64,000 nt of DNA, taken from NCBI RefSeq assembly GCF_000006765.1, contig NC_002516.2. One strand, written 5' to 3'. Position 1 is the stretch's first letter, and each line of letters opens with the position of its first letter. The stretch is from Pseudomonas aeruginosa PAO1 (GTDB taxonomy: Bacteria; Pseudomonadota; Gammaproteobacteria; Pseudomonadales; Pseudomonadaceae). The notes beneath the pieces were generated by a model that searched no databases, was not told the DNA's origin, and was given only the letters and a program-made list of their open reading frames with translations. Both the position numbers and the translations under genes were made by a program. Shown in pieces: positions 41,258-50,388 of this stretch.

Positions 41258-42616
41258 CTAGAACACCGTCTGGATCTTGATCCCCGCCACCAGCGCGTTG
41301 TCGACCTCGTCGACCCCGCCCGGCTGCTTGATGTATTGCAGGTTCGGCCGCACCGTCAGCCAGTCGGTCACATGCACCCCGTAGTACAGCTCGGCGTTGT
41401 ACTCGGTGTCCTGCAGCGGCTGGTACAGCGGGTTGTCGTAGTCGTCGATGCCGTTCACCTGGTTCACCAGGCGCTGGCGCTTCTTCACATCGTCGTTGAC
41501 ATGGATGCGCGCGATACCCAGGCCGATGTCGTCCTTCGGCCGCGCGTCGAACGGCCCCTTGTAGACCACCCCGAGCTGCTGGTAGTTGTCCACCACGTTG
41601 GTCGCCTTGTCGTGGACCGTCAGGTTGGCGAACAGGCTCAACCCGCGCGAGGCATCGCCGTTGTGCGAAGTGACCTGCTGCTGCGCCACCACCCACCAGC
41701 CATGCTTGCTGCCGCGCGACTTGAAGTCGTTGCCGGTCAGCCCCTGCGGCTGGCCGTCGACGTCGTCGTAGACGTCATCGGCCTTCGCCGTGCTGTAGTA
41801 GTAACCCAGCCGGTACTCGCCCGGCAGTTGCTCGGCGCCGACCTTCGGCTGCCAGATCAGCTCCACCGGCAGCAGCGCGCCCTTGGTCCCGCTGCCGCTC
41901 ATCTTGAAGCCGTTGCCGGTCTCCAGGTTCGACGGGTTCTGCTCGTAGGCGCCGACCTGCACGTACCAGTCCGGCGCGAAGTTGTACTTCACCCGCAACG
42001 CCCACTGGCTGACCGGCCAGTTGTACCAGATGCTCCCCGCCCAGTTGCCCACCTGCGAGCCGCAGAAGGCCAGGTTCTGGAAATCGCAGGGGAAGCTGTT
42101 GAAGTCCTCGCCCTCGCCGAAACGGCCGAATTTCACGTCCAGCGCGCCGGCGAAGTACTGCTGCTTGAGCCACAGCTGGGTCAGCCGCCAGGTCTGCCCG
42201 CGGCCCCAGACCTCCTGCACCGAGCTGATGTGCCCGGCACGCGGGTCGCCGATGCGGTCGTTGGAAAGGTTCTTGCCGTTGCGCTCGGTGACGGTGAACT
42301 GGAACTCGGTAGCCTTCCAGCCGAGGATCTTCTCCAGGTCCATGTGCACGCCCAGGGCGAACTGGTCGGTGTAGCGTCCGGTCTTGTCGTCGTCATAGCC
42401 GCCATCGAGGTTGGCCGCCGCCTCGCCGACGTACTCCAGCTTGAAGTCGTAGCCCTTCTCCAGCAGCTCGGTGCGCTTGCCGCCCCAGTCGCCGAGCATC
42501 CATTTCGAGTTCGGCGAGAACGCCTCGGCGGCGTGCACCGCGTTGCACAGCAGGGAGGCGGACAATAGGCCGCCGGCCACGGGGCGCAGGGCCGGGCGGA
42601 GAAGATGGGATTTCAC
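41258..42616 (-). CDS. OprB-family carbohydrate-selective porin
   Basis: WMLGDWGGKR, RFGEGEDF and RPNLQYIKQPGG, terminal Phe. GTG start after GAGG gives 452 aa. Confidence 0.92.
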   Translation of the reverse strand: MKSHLLRPALRPVAGGLLSASLLCNAVHAAEAFSPNSKWMLGDWGGKRTELLEKGYDFKLEYVGEAAANLDGGYDDDKTGRYTDQFALGVHMDLEKILGWKATEFQFTVTERNGKNLSNDRIGDPRAGHISSVQEVWGRGQTWRLTQLWLKQQYFAGALDVKFGRFGEGEDFNSFPCDFQNLAFCGSQVGNWAGSIWYNWPVSQWALRVKYNFAPDWYVQVGAYEQNPSNLETGNGFKMSGSGTKGALLPVELIWQPKVGAEQLPGEYRLGYYYSTAKADDVYDDVDGQPQGLTGNDFKSRGSKHGWWVVAQQQVTSHNGDASRGLSLFANLTVHDKATNVVDNYQQLGVVYKGPFDARPKDDIGLGIARIHVNDDVKKRQRLVNQVNGIDDYDNPLYQPLQDTEYNAELYYGVHVTDWLTVRPNLQYIKQPGGVDEVDNALVAGIKIQTVF

Positions 42617-42776
42617 GCGAACGCTTCCTCGTTGCGAATGGTCGACTGGCCGCACGCAGCGACCGCTCTACTTCCTCGATAACCTTGCAAGGAGCAAGGG
42701 TTTATGAAGAGGACTCATGATCTGAGCCAAGCAGAACAATGGTTAATTTGCGAATGATAAGGTCTTTGCAAGTAAA

Positions 42777-42791
42777 GCTGAAACGTTTCAG
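42777..42791. promoter_or_regulatory. LacI/Cra-type palindrome upstream of porin-gcd
   Basis: CTGAAACGTTTCAG is a perfect 14-bp palindrome at 42778-42791 in an AT-rich promoter region. Confidence 0.65.
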
Positions 42792-42957
42792 GCTGGAAAA
42801 CAGTGTTACGGAAACGACAACGAAGCCAGGCGGCGGGCCTCCGAGCGGGTCACCCGGGTGGTGGCCGTGGCGGGACGGGGACAACGCAGGGATTGGCAAC
42901 AATCTGAAACCCATGAACACGCTTCACGTTGTTGCCGGGAGCGGAACAATACCCGCC

Positions 42958-43239
42958 TCAGAGTTCGTCGCGCAGATAGGACCAGGGGTAGATACCGCGC
43001 TCGTGACCATCGTCGAACAGCAACTGCACGCCGTAGCCCTGCAGGCGGATATCGCGCAGGCGCACGCCCTGCTCCGCCGCGACGATCCGTCCGCGCAGGC
43101 GCTGCGCCCGGCATTGCGCACAGGGACAGGCGGCGCGCAGGCGCGCATGGTCGATCCGGCTGACCGCGCCGTCCGCCCATTCGAGCATCAGCCAGCCGTC
43201 CCTGGCGGAATTGCGCAGGCGCAGCGGCGGCTGGGTCAT
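42958..43239 (-). CDS. DUF971 / GBBH-N-like small Cys protein (93 aa)
   Basis: LRAACPCAQC, GYGVQLLFDDGHERGIYPWSYL; ATGA overlap with the HEAT gene. Confidence 0.82.
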   Translation of the reverse strand: MTQPPLRLRNSARDGWLMLEWADGAVSRIDHARLRAACPCAQCRAQRLRGRIVAAEQGVRLRDIRLQGYGVQLLFDDGHERGIYPWSYLRDEL

Positions 43240-44201
43240 GCCGGCATCCGCAGTTGCGCCAGGGCGATGCGCACCGCCTTGCGCACCTCGGGATCGCCGT
43301 CGCCTTCGGCGACCCGCAAGGCCTGGGCCGAGGCCGGGTCCGCCAGTTCGCCGAGGGCCAGGGCGGCCTCCTTGCGCAGGTTGCCGATGGGATGGCCGAG
43401 CAATGCTTCCAGCGCCTCCCGCGCCGGGCGGTGGCGCAAGCGCCCGAGCGCCCGCGCGGCGCGCAGGCGGACCTGCCAGTAGTCGTCCGCCAGGGCCTTC
43501 AGCAGCGGCTCGCCGGCCTCCTCCCGGCCCAGCTTGCCAAGGGTCGTCGCCGCCTCTTCGCGAACCTGCCATTGAGCGTCCGCCAGCGCCGCGCAGAGCG
43601 CCGGCAGCACCGTCGCCTCGCGGCTCAGGCCGAGGGCGCCGGTGGCCGCCCGGCGTACCTCCGGGTCGACATCGGCGCTGGCCAGCCTGGCCAGTTCGGC
43701 CAGGGCCGGCTGGTGGCGGAGCCAGCCGAGTACCGCCACCGCCTCGCGGCGCACCGCCGCCTGCGGATCGCCGAGGGCGGCCAGGGCCGGCACGGCGCTC
43801 TCCTCCAGGCGCAGTTCGCGCAACGCACGCAATACGCTGGCGCGGACGAAGGCATCGGCATGCCCGAGCCACGGCAGCAGGCGCCGCCCGGCGGCCGGTT
43901 CCTTGAGTTCGCCAAGGCTCTGCGCGGCGGCATCGGCCACCGCCGGCACCGGATCGGCCAGGGCCGCACAGAGCGCATCGACCACTGCGTCTTCCTCCCA
44001 GGCCTCCAGCAGGCGCGCGGCCTCGCCGCGCACGCCGGGGTCGGGATCGCCGCGCAGGGCCGCAACCAGCAACGGCAGCGCCTCCGGCAGCTCCAGGTCG
44101 GCCAGTTCGATCAGCGCCAGGCGGCGTACGCCGGGGTCGGCGTCCTCCAGGCGCGGCGACAGTTCGAGGATTTCGGGCAGGGTGGCGTTTTTACAGGTCA
44201 T
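43236..44201 (-). CDS. HEAT/PBS-lyase repeat protein (321 aa)
   Basis: About 9 repeats of D.D..VR..AA.ALG.L; ATGA overlap with the ABC ATPase. Confidence 0.88.
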   Translation of the reverse strand: MTCKNATLPEILELSPRLEDADPGVRRLALIELADLELPEALPLLVAALRGDPDPGVRGEAARLLEAWEEDAVVDALCAALADPVPAVADAAAQSLGELKEPAAGRRLLPWLGHADAFVRASVLRALRELRLEESAVPALAALGDPQAAVRREAVAVLGWLRHQPALAELARLASADVDPEVRRAATGALGLSREATVLPALCAALADAQWQVREEAATTLGKLGREEAGEPLLKALADDYWQVRLRAARALGRLRHRPAREALEALLGHPIGNLRKEAALALGELADPASAQALRVAEGDGDPEVRKAVRIALAQLRMPA

Positions 44202-45052
44202 ATGGCGATCCGCAGTCGGTCCGGGGTGATGCCCGGCGGCAAGCCGAGCGGGGTCAGGCGCGGCAACTGGCGGCCGTCGTCGTGGTCGAGCAGTTCCAGG
44301 CAGTGGCGTTTCAGGCGCACGAAGTCGGCGCTGGTCACCAGCCGGGTGTCGCGCGGGCGCGGGAAGTCCAGCGCCAGGTCGGCGATGATCCGTCCCGGAC
44401 GGGGGCTCATCACCAGCACCCTGTCCGCCAGGTACAGGGCCTCGTCGATGTCGTGGGTGACGAACAGCACCGTGGTGCGGACCCGCGCCCATACGTCCAG
44501 CAGCAAGGTCTGCATCTTCAGCCGGGTCTGCGCGTCGAGGGCGCCGAAGGGCTCGTCCATCAGCAGCAGGCGCGGCCGGTTGACCAGCACCCGGGCGATC
44601 TCCACGCGCTGCTGCATACCCCCGGACAGTTGGCCGGGCCAGCGCCCGGCGAAGTCCGCCAGCCCCACCAGTCCGAGCATCTCCATGGCGCGCCGGTTGC
44701 GCTCGGCGCGGGCCAGGCCCTGCATCTTCAGGCCGAAGGCGACGTTGTCGCGGACCCGCCGCCAGGGGAACAGGGTGTGCTGCTGGAATACCATGCCACG
44801 CTGCGGCGAAGGTCCTTCCACGCTCCGGCCGTCGACCCTCACGCTGCCGGCGCTTGGCCTCAGGTGGCCGGCCAGGGCGCCGAGCAGGGTCGACTTGCCG
44901 CATCCCGAAGGCCCGAGCAGGCAGACGAACTCGCCCGGCCGCGCCTCCAGGTTCAGATCGCGGACCGCCTCGAAGGCTTCGCTCCCCTGCCCCAGGCGGA
45001 TGCTCAGGTCGCGGATCTGGATGCGCCCCAGGCTGTTGCCGGCCGTCGTCAT
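44198..45052 (-). CDS. ABC ATPase, nitrate/sulfonate/taurine type
   Basis: GPSGCGKST, LSGGMQQRV, LMDEPFGALD and VTHDIDEA. Confidence 0.93.
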   Translation of the reverse strand: MTTAGNSLGRIQIRDLSIRLGQGSEAFEAVRDLNLEARPGEFVCLLGPSGCGKSTLLGALAGHLRPSAGSVRVDGRSVEGPSPQRGMVFQQHTLFPWRRVRDNVAFGLKMQGLARAERNRRAMEMLGLVGLADFAGRWPGQLSGGMQQRVEIARVLVNRPRLLLMDEPFGALDAQTRLKMQTLLLDVWARVRTTVLFVTHDIDEALYLADRVLVMSPRPGRIIADLALDFPRPRDTRLVTSADFVRLKRHCLELLDHDDGRQLPRLTPLGLPPGITPDRLRIAI

Positions 45053-45846
45053 CGGACCTTGCCTCCCGCCGCGTACCAGGGCGTCAGCGACGCGCCGACG
45101 CGCTTCACCAACCCACTACTGCCCATGCCGAAGAGGCCGATGAGCAGCATGCCGACCACCACCTCGTCGTAGTTCTGGATGTTGTAGGAAGCCCAGGTGT
45201 AGTAACCCAGTCCCCATTGCCCGGAGATCATCTCGGCGGTCACCAGGCAGAACCAGGAGGTGCCCATGCCGATCGCCAGGCCGGTGAAGATGCCCGGTCC
45301 GGCGCCGGGCAGCAGCACCTCGCGCAGCAGCGCCCGGCGCCCCGCCCCCAGGCTGCGCGCCGAAGCCAGCAGGCGCGGATCGAGCGCCTCCACGCCATGC
45401 ACGGTATTGAGCAGGATCGGGAACAGCGCGCCGGTGAAGGTAATGAAGATCATCGAGGCCTCCGACGAAGGGAACATCAGGATCGCCAGGGGAATCCAGG
45501 CCACCGCCGGGATCGGCCGCAGCACTTCCAGCGGCGGCAGCAGCAAGGCCTCGGCCCAGGCCGAGCGGCCGATCGCCAGGCCGAGGGCGATGCCCAGCGC
45601 GGCGGCCAGCAGATAGCCGGCGAAGACCCGCGCCAGACTGGCGCCGAGGTGCGCCAGGAGCACGCTGGACTGGGCCAGGTTGCAGGCCGCCAGCAACACC
45701 GCACCGGGCGTCGGCACGTTGGCGAAGGTCACCAGGCCCAGATTCAGTTGCAGACCGGCGGCGAGCTGCCAGAACGCCAGGCAGGCCGCCAGCGAAGCGG
45801 CGCGGGTGGCCCAGCGCCAGGGTCGGGAGATCGGAAGCGAACTCAT
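45049..45846 (-). CDS. ABC permease, SsuC/TauC type
   Basis: LRPIPAVAWIPLAILMF and SARSLGA (EAA loop). Confidence 0.92.
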   Translation of the reverse strand: MSSLPISRPWRWATRAASLAACLAFWQLAAGLQLNLGLVTFANVPTPGAVLLAACNLAQSSVLLAHLGASLARVFAGYLLAAALGIALGLAIGRSAWAEALLLPPLEVLRPIPAVAWIPLAILMFPSSEASMIFITFTGALFPILLNTVHGVEALDPRLLASARSLGAGRRALLREVLLPGAGPGIFTGLAIGMGTSWFCLVTAEMISGQWGLGYYTWASYNIQNYDEVVVGMLLIGLFGMGSSGLVKRVGASLTPWYAAGGKVR

Positions 45847-45870
45847 GGGCGGACTCCGAAGACGCCCGCC

Positions 45871-47277
45871 TCAGCGGAGCGCCAGCGCCTGCTGGCTGGC
45901 GGCGGCAAAGTCGCGTACCTCGCCGCCATGGCGGCGGGCATAGTCCTGGGCCTGCTCGCGGAGCAGGAAGGCGTTGAGGCGACCCTCGCCGTCGCGGACG
46001 AACCACGCCTGGTTGGCCAGCAGCTTGATCCCGCTGTCACGATCCTGGGCGTAGATCGCACGAATCGCCTTGCCCTGCGCCTTCAGCTCGGCAAGATCGG
46101 CCAGGGCCGACTCCGGCGAAGCGTAATGGCGCACCCTGGCCTCGCCCTTCACCCAGATCTGCGCTACCCGTTCGAACTCCTCGATCGGCCGGCCGCTGCG
46201 CGCGTCGCTGGCGCGCAGCGGCGACGGTGCGTAGTCTGCCAGCGCCGCCTGGTAGTCCAGCCCGGCCTGACGGTAGGCCTCGCGGATGTAGCGGTCGTCG
46301 ACGAAACGCTCGACGTCCAGCCCACGGTCGGCCTTCTTCAGCAGCTTCAGGGTGTCGATGGAGGTCGCCAGCGCCTGGCGGTATTCGGGTTTCCAGGCCT
46401 GGTCGCGGGTCTGCAGGCCGAGCGGACCGTGGAACAGGTAATTGACCTCGGCCTCGATGCCGGTGACCTTCTCGATCAGCTCGCTGTATTTCTCCGGTTC
46501 GGCGGCCAGCAGTCGATTGGCTTCGATGCTCGCCCGCAGGTAGGCCACCACCACCTCCGGATAGCGCTCGGCGTAGGCGGCGTCCACCAGCGCGCCATGG
46601 AAGGTCGGCGCGTTGGCCTGGGAACCGTCGTAGATCTTGCGGGCGAAGCCGCGATTGGGGAACAGCTCGGCGAAGGGTACGAAGTCGGCATGGGCGGCAA
46701 TCTTGTTCGCCTGCAAGGCCGAACCGGCGATTTCCGGCGGCTGGGCGATGATGGTCACGTCGCGCTGCGGGTCCCAGCCTTGCGCCGCCACCGCGCGCAG
46801 CAGCATGCCATGGGCGGTGGAGGCGAACGGTACGGAGATGGTCTGGCCTTTCAGTTCGGCCAGCGACTGCACCGGCGAGCCGCTCGGTACCACGATGCCG
46901 TTGCCGCTGCCACGGGTGCTGCCGGACAGCACGCTGATGAACAGGCTGCGCTTGCCGGCGGCGGCGAAGGCCACGCCGTTGAAGGTGCCGGGAAAGTCGG
47001 CCATGGCGCCGAAGTCGAGCTTGCCGGCGACCATCTCGTTGGTCAGCGGTGCGCCACTGGTGAAGTTCTTCCACTCCACCCGGTAGTCCGCATCCTTGTA
47101 GCGGCCGTCGCGCGGCAGGTATTTCTCCAGCAGGCCCAGCTCGCGGATCAGCAGCCCGCCGGCGGCGCAGTTGATGGTGGTGTCCTGAGTGCCGATGGCC
47201 ACGCGGATGGTTTCCGCCTGGGCACCCAGGGAAGTCAGGGCCAGCGCCAGGCTGGCCAGGATTGCACGCAGTCGCAT
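45871..47277 (-). CDS. ABC substrate-binding protein (SsuA/TauA type) with an extra C-terminal NosL-like domain
   Basis: Signal peptide, FTSGAPLTNEMVAGKLDFG and SVPFASTAH; about 110 extra residues at the C-terminus. Confidence 0.85.
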   Translation of the reverse strand: MRLRAILASLALALTSLGAQAETIRVAIGTQDTTINCAAGGLLIRELGLLEKYLPRDGRYKDADYRVEWKNFTSGAPLTNEMVAGKLDFGAMADFPGTFNGVAFAAAGKRSLFISVLSGSTRGSGNGIVVPSGSPVQSLAELKGQTISVPFASTAHGMLLRAVAAQGWDPQRDVTIIAQPPEIAGSALQANKIAAHADFVPFAELFPNRGFARKIYDGSQANAPTFHGALVDAAYAERYPEVVVAYLRASIEANRLLAAEPEKYSELIEKVTGIEAEVNYLFHGPLGLQTRDQAWKPEYRQALATSIDTLKLLKKADRGLDVERFVDDRYIREAYRQAGLDYQAALADYAPSPLRASDARSGRPIEEFERVAQIWVKGEARVRHYASPESALADLAELKAQGKAIRAIYAQDRDSGIKLLANQAWFVRDGEGRLNAFLLREQAQDYARRHGGEVRDFAAASQQALALR

Positions 47278-47411
47278 GGGGATTCCCCTCGAATCATGGT
47301 CATGGGAATCGTCTCCGCCACCCGGACGGTGGTGGGAAACGAGGGGTGTTTCAGAGTGGCGTCCGGGAGTGGCCGGATGGCGGGTTCTGCCTCGCTTGCC
47401 GGGAGCGGGCG

Positions 47412-47657
47412 TCAGCGCAGCAGGTAGGGAATCTCGACCTTCACCGCGCCGGTCGGGCAGTCCTTTTCGCAAGGCATGCAGTACCAGCACTCGTCGTAGG
47501 CCATGTAGGCCTTGCGGGTCGTCGGATCGATGGCCAGCAGGTCCATCGGGCAGACCTCGACGCAGACGGTGCAGCCCTTGTCGGCGATGCAGCGGTCTTC
47601 GTCGATGGTCACCGGGGCGCTGCTGCGGAAGAAGATGTCCTGGGGTCGGTAGGCCAT
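47412..47657 (-). CDS. 2x[4Fe-4S] ferredoxin, AprB-like
   Basis: CIADKGCTVCVEVCP and CWYCMPCEKDCP. Confidence 0.9.
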   Translation of the reverse strand: MAYRPQDIFFRSSAPVTIDEDRCIADKGCTVCVEVCPMDLLAIDPTTRKAYMAYDECWYCMPCEKDCPTGAVKVEIPYLLR

Positions 47658-47742
47658 GGCACGCGGTCCTCGTGGTTCGATCTGGCCCGCTTTCGTGGCG
47701 GCGGGCTCGGTGTCTAGCGGTACTACGCCGGGGCGTGGGGCC

Positions 47743-49467
47743 CTAGGCGGCGTCGTTCCTCAGCCGCAGGCGCTGGTAGGCCTGCTGTTCGCCCTCGTCG
47801 ATGGCGAACAGGTAGGGTTCGACCGGTTTCCTGAAGCTGGCCATGCGTCCCTGCTCGTCCTTCTTCAGGTGCGCGTGGCAGAACCAGGCAGCGTCGTCGC
47901 GCCGCGGATAGTCCACCCGGTGGTGGTACAGGCCCCAGCGGCTCTCGGTGCGGAACAGCGAGGCGCGCGCGGCCATCTCCGCGCAATCGCGGATAACGCT
48001 GACTTCCAGGGCGCGCATCAGCTCGTGGGGGTTGTCCGCCTTGATCCGCTCCAGGTCCTCGGCGATGGCCTGGATGCGTTGCAGGCCCAATTCCATCTTG
48101 CGGGTCACCTTGGGCGGTTGCAGGTAGTCGTTGACCAGCCGGCGCAGCTTGTACTCCACCTGCGCCGCCGGCAGGCCATGCTCGCGCAGCAGCGGCGCCT
48201 CGATCCGCGCACGCTCGCGCTCGACCTGGGCGCGGTCGACCGCGCTGAAGGCGCGCCCGGCGACGTATTCGGCGGCGTTGCGCCCGGCGAACCAGCCATA
48301 GGTGAAGGCGCCGAGCATGTAGTTGTGCGGCACCGCGGCCATGTCGCCGGCAGCGTAGAGGCCCTTCACGCTGGTCTCGGCCTTCTCGTTGACCCACACG
48401 CCGGAGGCCGAGTGGCCGGAGCAGAAGCCGATCTCGGAAATGTGCATCTCGACCATCTGCTGGCGGTAGTCGGTGCCGCGCCCGGCGTGGAACTGCCCGC
48501 GACTGGGGCGTTCGTTGCCATGGAGGATGTCCTCGATGGTCTGGATGGTTTCCTCCGCCAGGTGGTCGAGCTTGAGGAACACCGGGCCATTGCCGCCTTC
48601 GAGTTCCTGGTGGAACTCCCACATCATCTGCCCGCTCCAGTAGTCGCATTCGATGAAGCGCTCACCCCTGGCGTTGGCGGTATAGCCACCCAGCGGGCCG
48701 GTGACGTAGGCACAGGCCGGGCCGTTGTAGTCCTTGATCAGCGGGTTGATCTGGAAGCATTCCAGGTTGGCCAGCTCGGCGCCGGCATGATAGGCCATGG
48801 CGTAGCCGTCGCCGGCGTTGGTCGGGTTCTCGTAGGTACCCATCAGGTAGCCCGAGGACGGCAGGCCCAGGCGGCCCGCCGCGCCGCAGCAAAGGATCAC
48901 CGCCTTGGCGCGGATCACATGGAAGTCGCCGCTGCGGCAGTCGAAACCGAGTACGCCGTTCACCGCGCCCTCGGCATCGGTGAGCAGGCGGGTGCAGACC
49001 AGGCGGTTGGCGATGGGGATCCGCGCACGCTTGAGCTGGCGGTAGAGCACCTTCTTGATGTCGTGCCCTTCCGGCATCGGCAGCACATAGGCGCCCATGT
49101 GGTGGACCTTCTTCACCGCATAGTCGCCGGTCTCGTCCTTTTCGAACCTGACGCCCCAGCGATCCAGCTGCCGCAGGGTCTCGAAGCTGTGGCTGGCATA
49201 GGCGTAGACCGCCGCCTGGTTGACGATGCCGTCGTTGGCCACGGTGATTTCCCGGGTGTACTGCTCGGCCGTGGCGTGGCCGGGGACGATGGCGTTGTTC
49301 AACCCGTCCATGCCCATGCTGATGGCGCCGCTGCGCTTGACGTTGGCCTTGTCCACCAGCAGCACGCGCAGTTCGCGGTCGTGCTCCTTGGCCTTGATCG
49401 CCGCCATCGGCCCGGCGGTGCCGCCGCCGATCACCACGATGTCGTATTCCTGCTCCAGGGTGTTCAT
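47743..49467 (-). CDS. FAD oxidoreductase of the SdhA/FrdA/AprA superfamily, AprA-like
   Basis: IGGGTAG; KRSGAISMGMDGLN resembles AprA RSGAVAQGLSAIN; RTESRWGLYH. Confidence 0.85.
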   Translation of the reverse strand: MNTLEQEYDIVVIGGGTAGPMAAIKAKEHDRELRVLLVDKANVKRSGAISMGMDGLNNAIVPGHATAEQYTREITVANDGIVNQAAVYAYASHSFETLRQLDRWGVRFEKDETGDYAVKKVHHMGAYVLPMPEGHDIKKVLYRQLKRARIPIANRLVCTRLLTDAEGAVNGVLGFDCRSGDFHVIRAKAVILCCGAAGRLGLPSSGYLMGTYENPTNAGDGYAMAYHAGAELANLECFQINPLIKDYNGPACAYVTGPLGGYTANARGERFIECDYWSGQMMWEFHQELEGGNGPVFLKLDHLAEETIQTIEDILHGNERPSRGQFHAGRGTDYRQQMVEMHISEIGFCSGHSASGVWVNEKAETSVKGLYAAGDMAAVPHNYMLGAFTYGWFAGRNAAEYVAGRAFSAVDRAQVERERARIEAPLLREHGLPAAQVEYKLRRLVNDYLQPPKVTRKMELGLQRIQAIAEDLERIKADNPHELMRALEVSVIRDCAEMAARASLFRTESRWGLYHHRVDYPRRDDAAWFCHAHLKKDEQGRMASFRKPVEPYLFAIDEGEQQAYQRLRLRNDAA

Positions 49468-50213
49468 GCCCGCTCTCCCTTCTGCCGATCGATGCGCAGG
49501 CGATACTGGAAAGCGTCGCCGCGGTAGTAGAGGTATTCGAAGTCCAGCGGCGCGCCGTCGGCGGCATGGGTCAGGCGCTCGATACGCATGATCGGCGCGC
49601 CCTCCTCGACCGCCAGGGCGCGGGTCAGGTCGGCATCGGCGAGCACCGCGTCGATGGCCAGGTCGGCATGGCCGAGGGGAATGCCGCAATCGTTCTCGAG
49701 GATCAGGAAGATGTCGCGGGTCACCAGGTCGGCCTTCTCCAGGCGCTCGCCGAGCGCCTGCGGCAGGTAGGTGACTTCCAGCGAAACCGGCTCGCGGTTG
49801 ACCAGCCGCACCCGCTTGATCTCGCACACAGGGCTGCCCTCTTCCACCCGCAGGCGCTCGGCCACCCGCGCGCCGGCCGGCACGTAGCGCAGGCCGTGCA
49901 GGCGGTTGATGACCTCGTAGCCCATCTGCGTCATGGACTCGCCCAGGCCTTGCAGGGTGCTGACGTTCTGGAACGCCTTCGGCCGGGCGACGAAGGTGCC
50001 CTTGCCGTGGATCTTGAAGATCAGCCCTTCCTTCTGCAGGTCGCCGAGCGCCTGGCGCACGGTGATGCGGCTGACGTCGAAGGCCTTGCCCAGCTCGTTC
50101 TCCGAGGGCATGCGGCTGAGCGGCGGGTAGACGCCGTCGAGGATGCGCCCGCGCAGCAGCTCCTTGAGCTGGCTGTACAGCGGCACGGGAGAAAGCGGGA
50201 GCAGTTTGCCCAT
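49464..50213 (-). CDS. GntR-family regulator, HutC subfamily (UTRA domain)
   Basis: PSENELGKAFDVSRITVRQALGDLQKEGLI..IHGKGTFV; ATGA overlap with the flavoprotein. Confidence 0.93.
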   Translation of the reverse strand: MGKLLPLSPVPLYSQLKELLRGRILDGVYPPLSRMPSENELGKAFDVSRITVRQALGDLQKEGLIFKIHGKGTFVARPKAFQNVSTLQGLGESMTQMGYEVINRLHGLRYVPAGARVAERLRVEEGSPVCEIKRVRLVNREPVSLEVTYLPQALGERLEKADLVTRDIFLILENDCGIPLGHADLAIDAVLADADLTRALAVEEGAPIMRIERLTHAADGAPLDFEYLYYRGDAFQYRLRIDRQKGERA

Positions 50214-50244
50214 GGTCGGATTCGCTTGTCGGAGTGGCTCGGAC

Positions 50245-50260
50245 ACTTGTTATAACAAGT
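50245..50260. promoter_or_regulatory. Probable GntR/HutC operator
   Basis: Perfect 16-bp palindrome ACTTGTTATAACAAGT, 31 bp upstream of the GntR start. Confidence 0.8.
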
Positions 50261-50388
50261 TATGCTGTGATGGTAAACGCCATGAACGATCAAGCGGAAA
50301 TACCGAAAACGCATATGGATATGGCGCCACCCGTGCGTGGCTCTCGCCGGCCAAAGGACCGGCCCGCAGCGCGGACCGGCCCGCCCCC

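Noticed and set aside
43236-49827. Apparent long N-terminal extensions or fusions in the ORF track (555-aa HEAT, 539-aa binding protein, 694-aa flavoprotein)
   Set aside because: The extensions are low-complexity off-frame reads of upstream genes. Real starts have ATGA coupling or an RBS further downstream.
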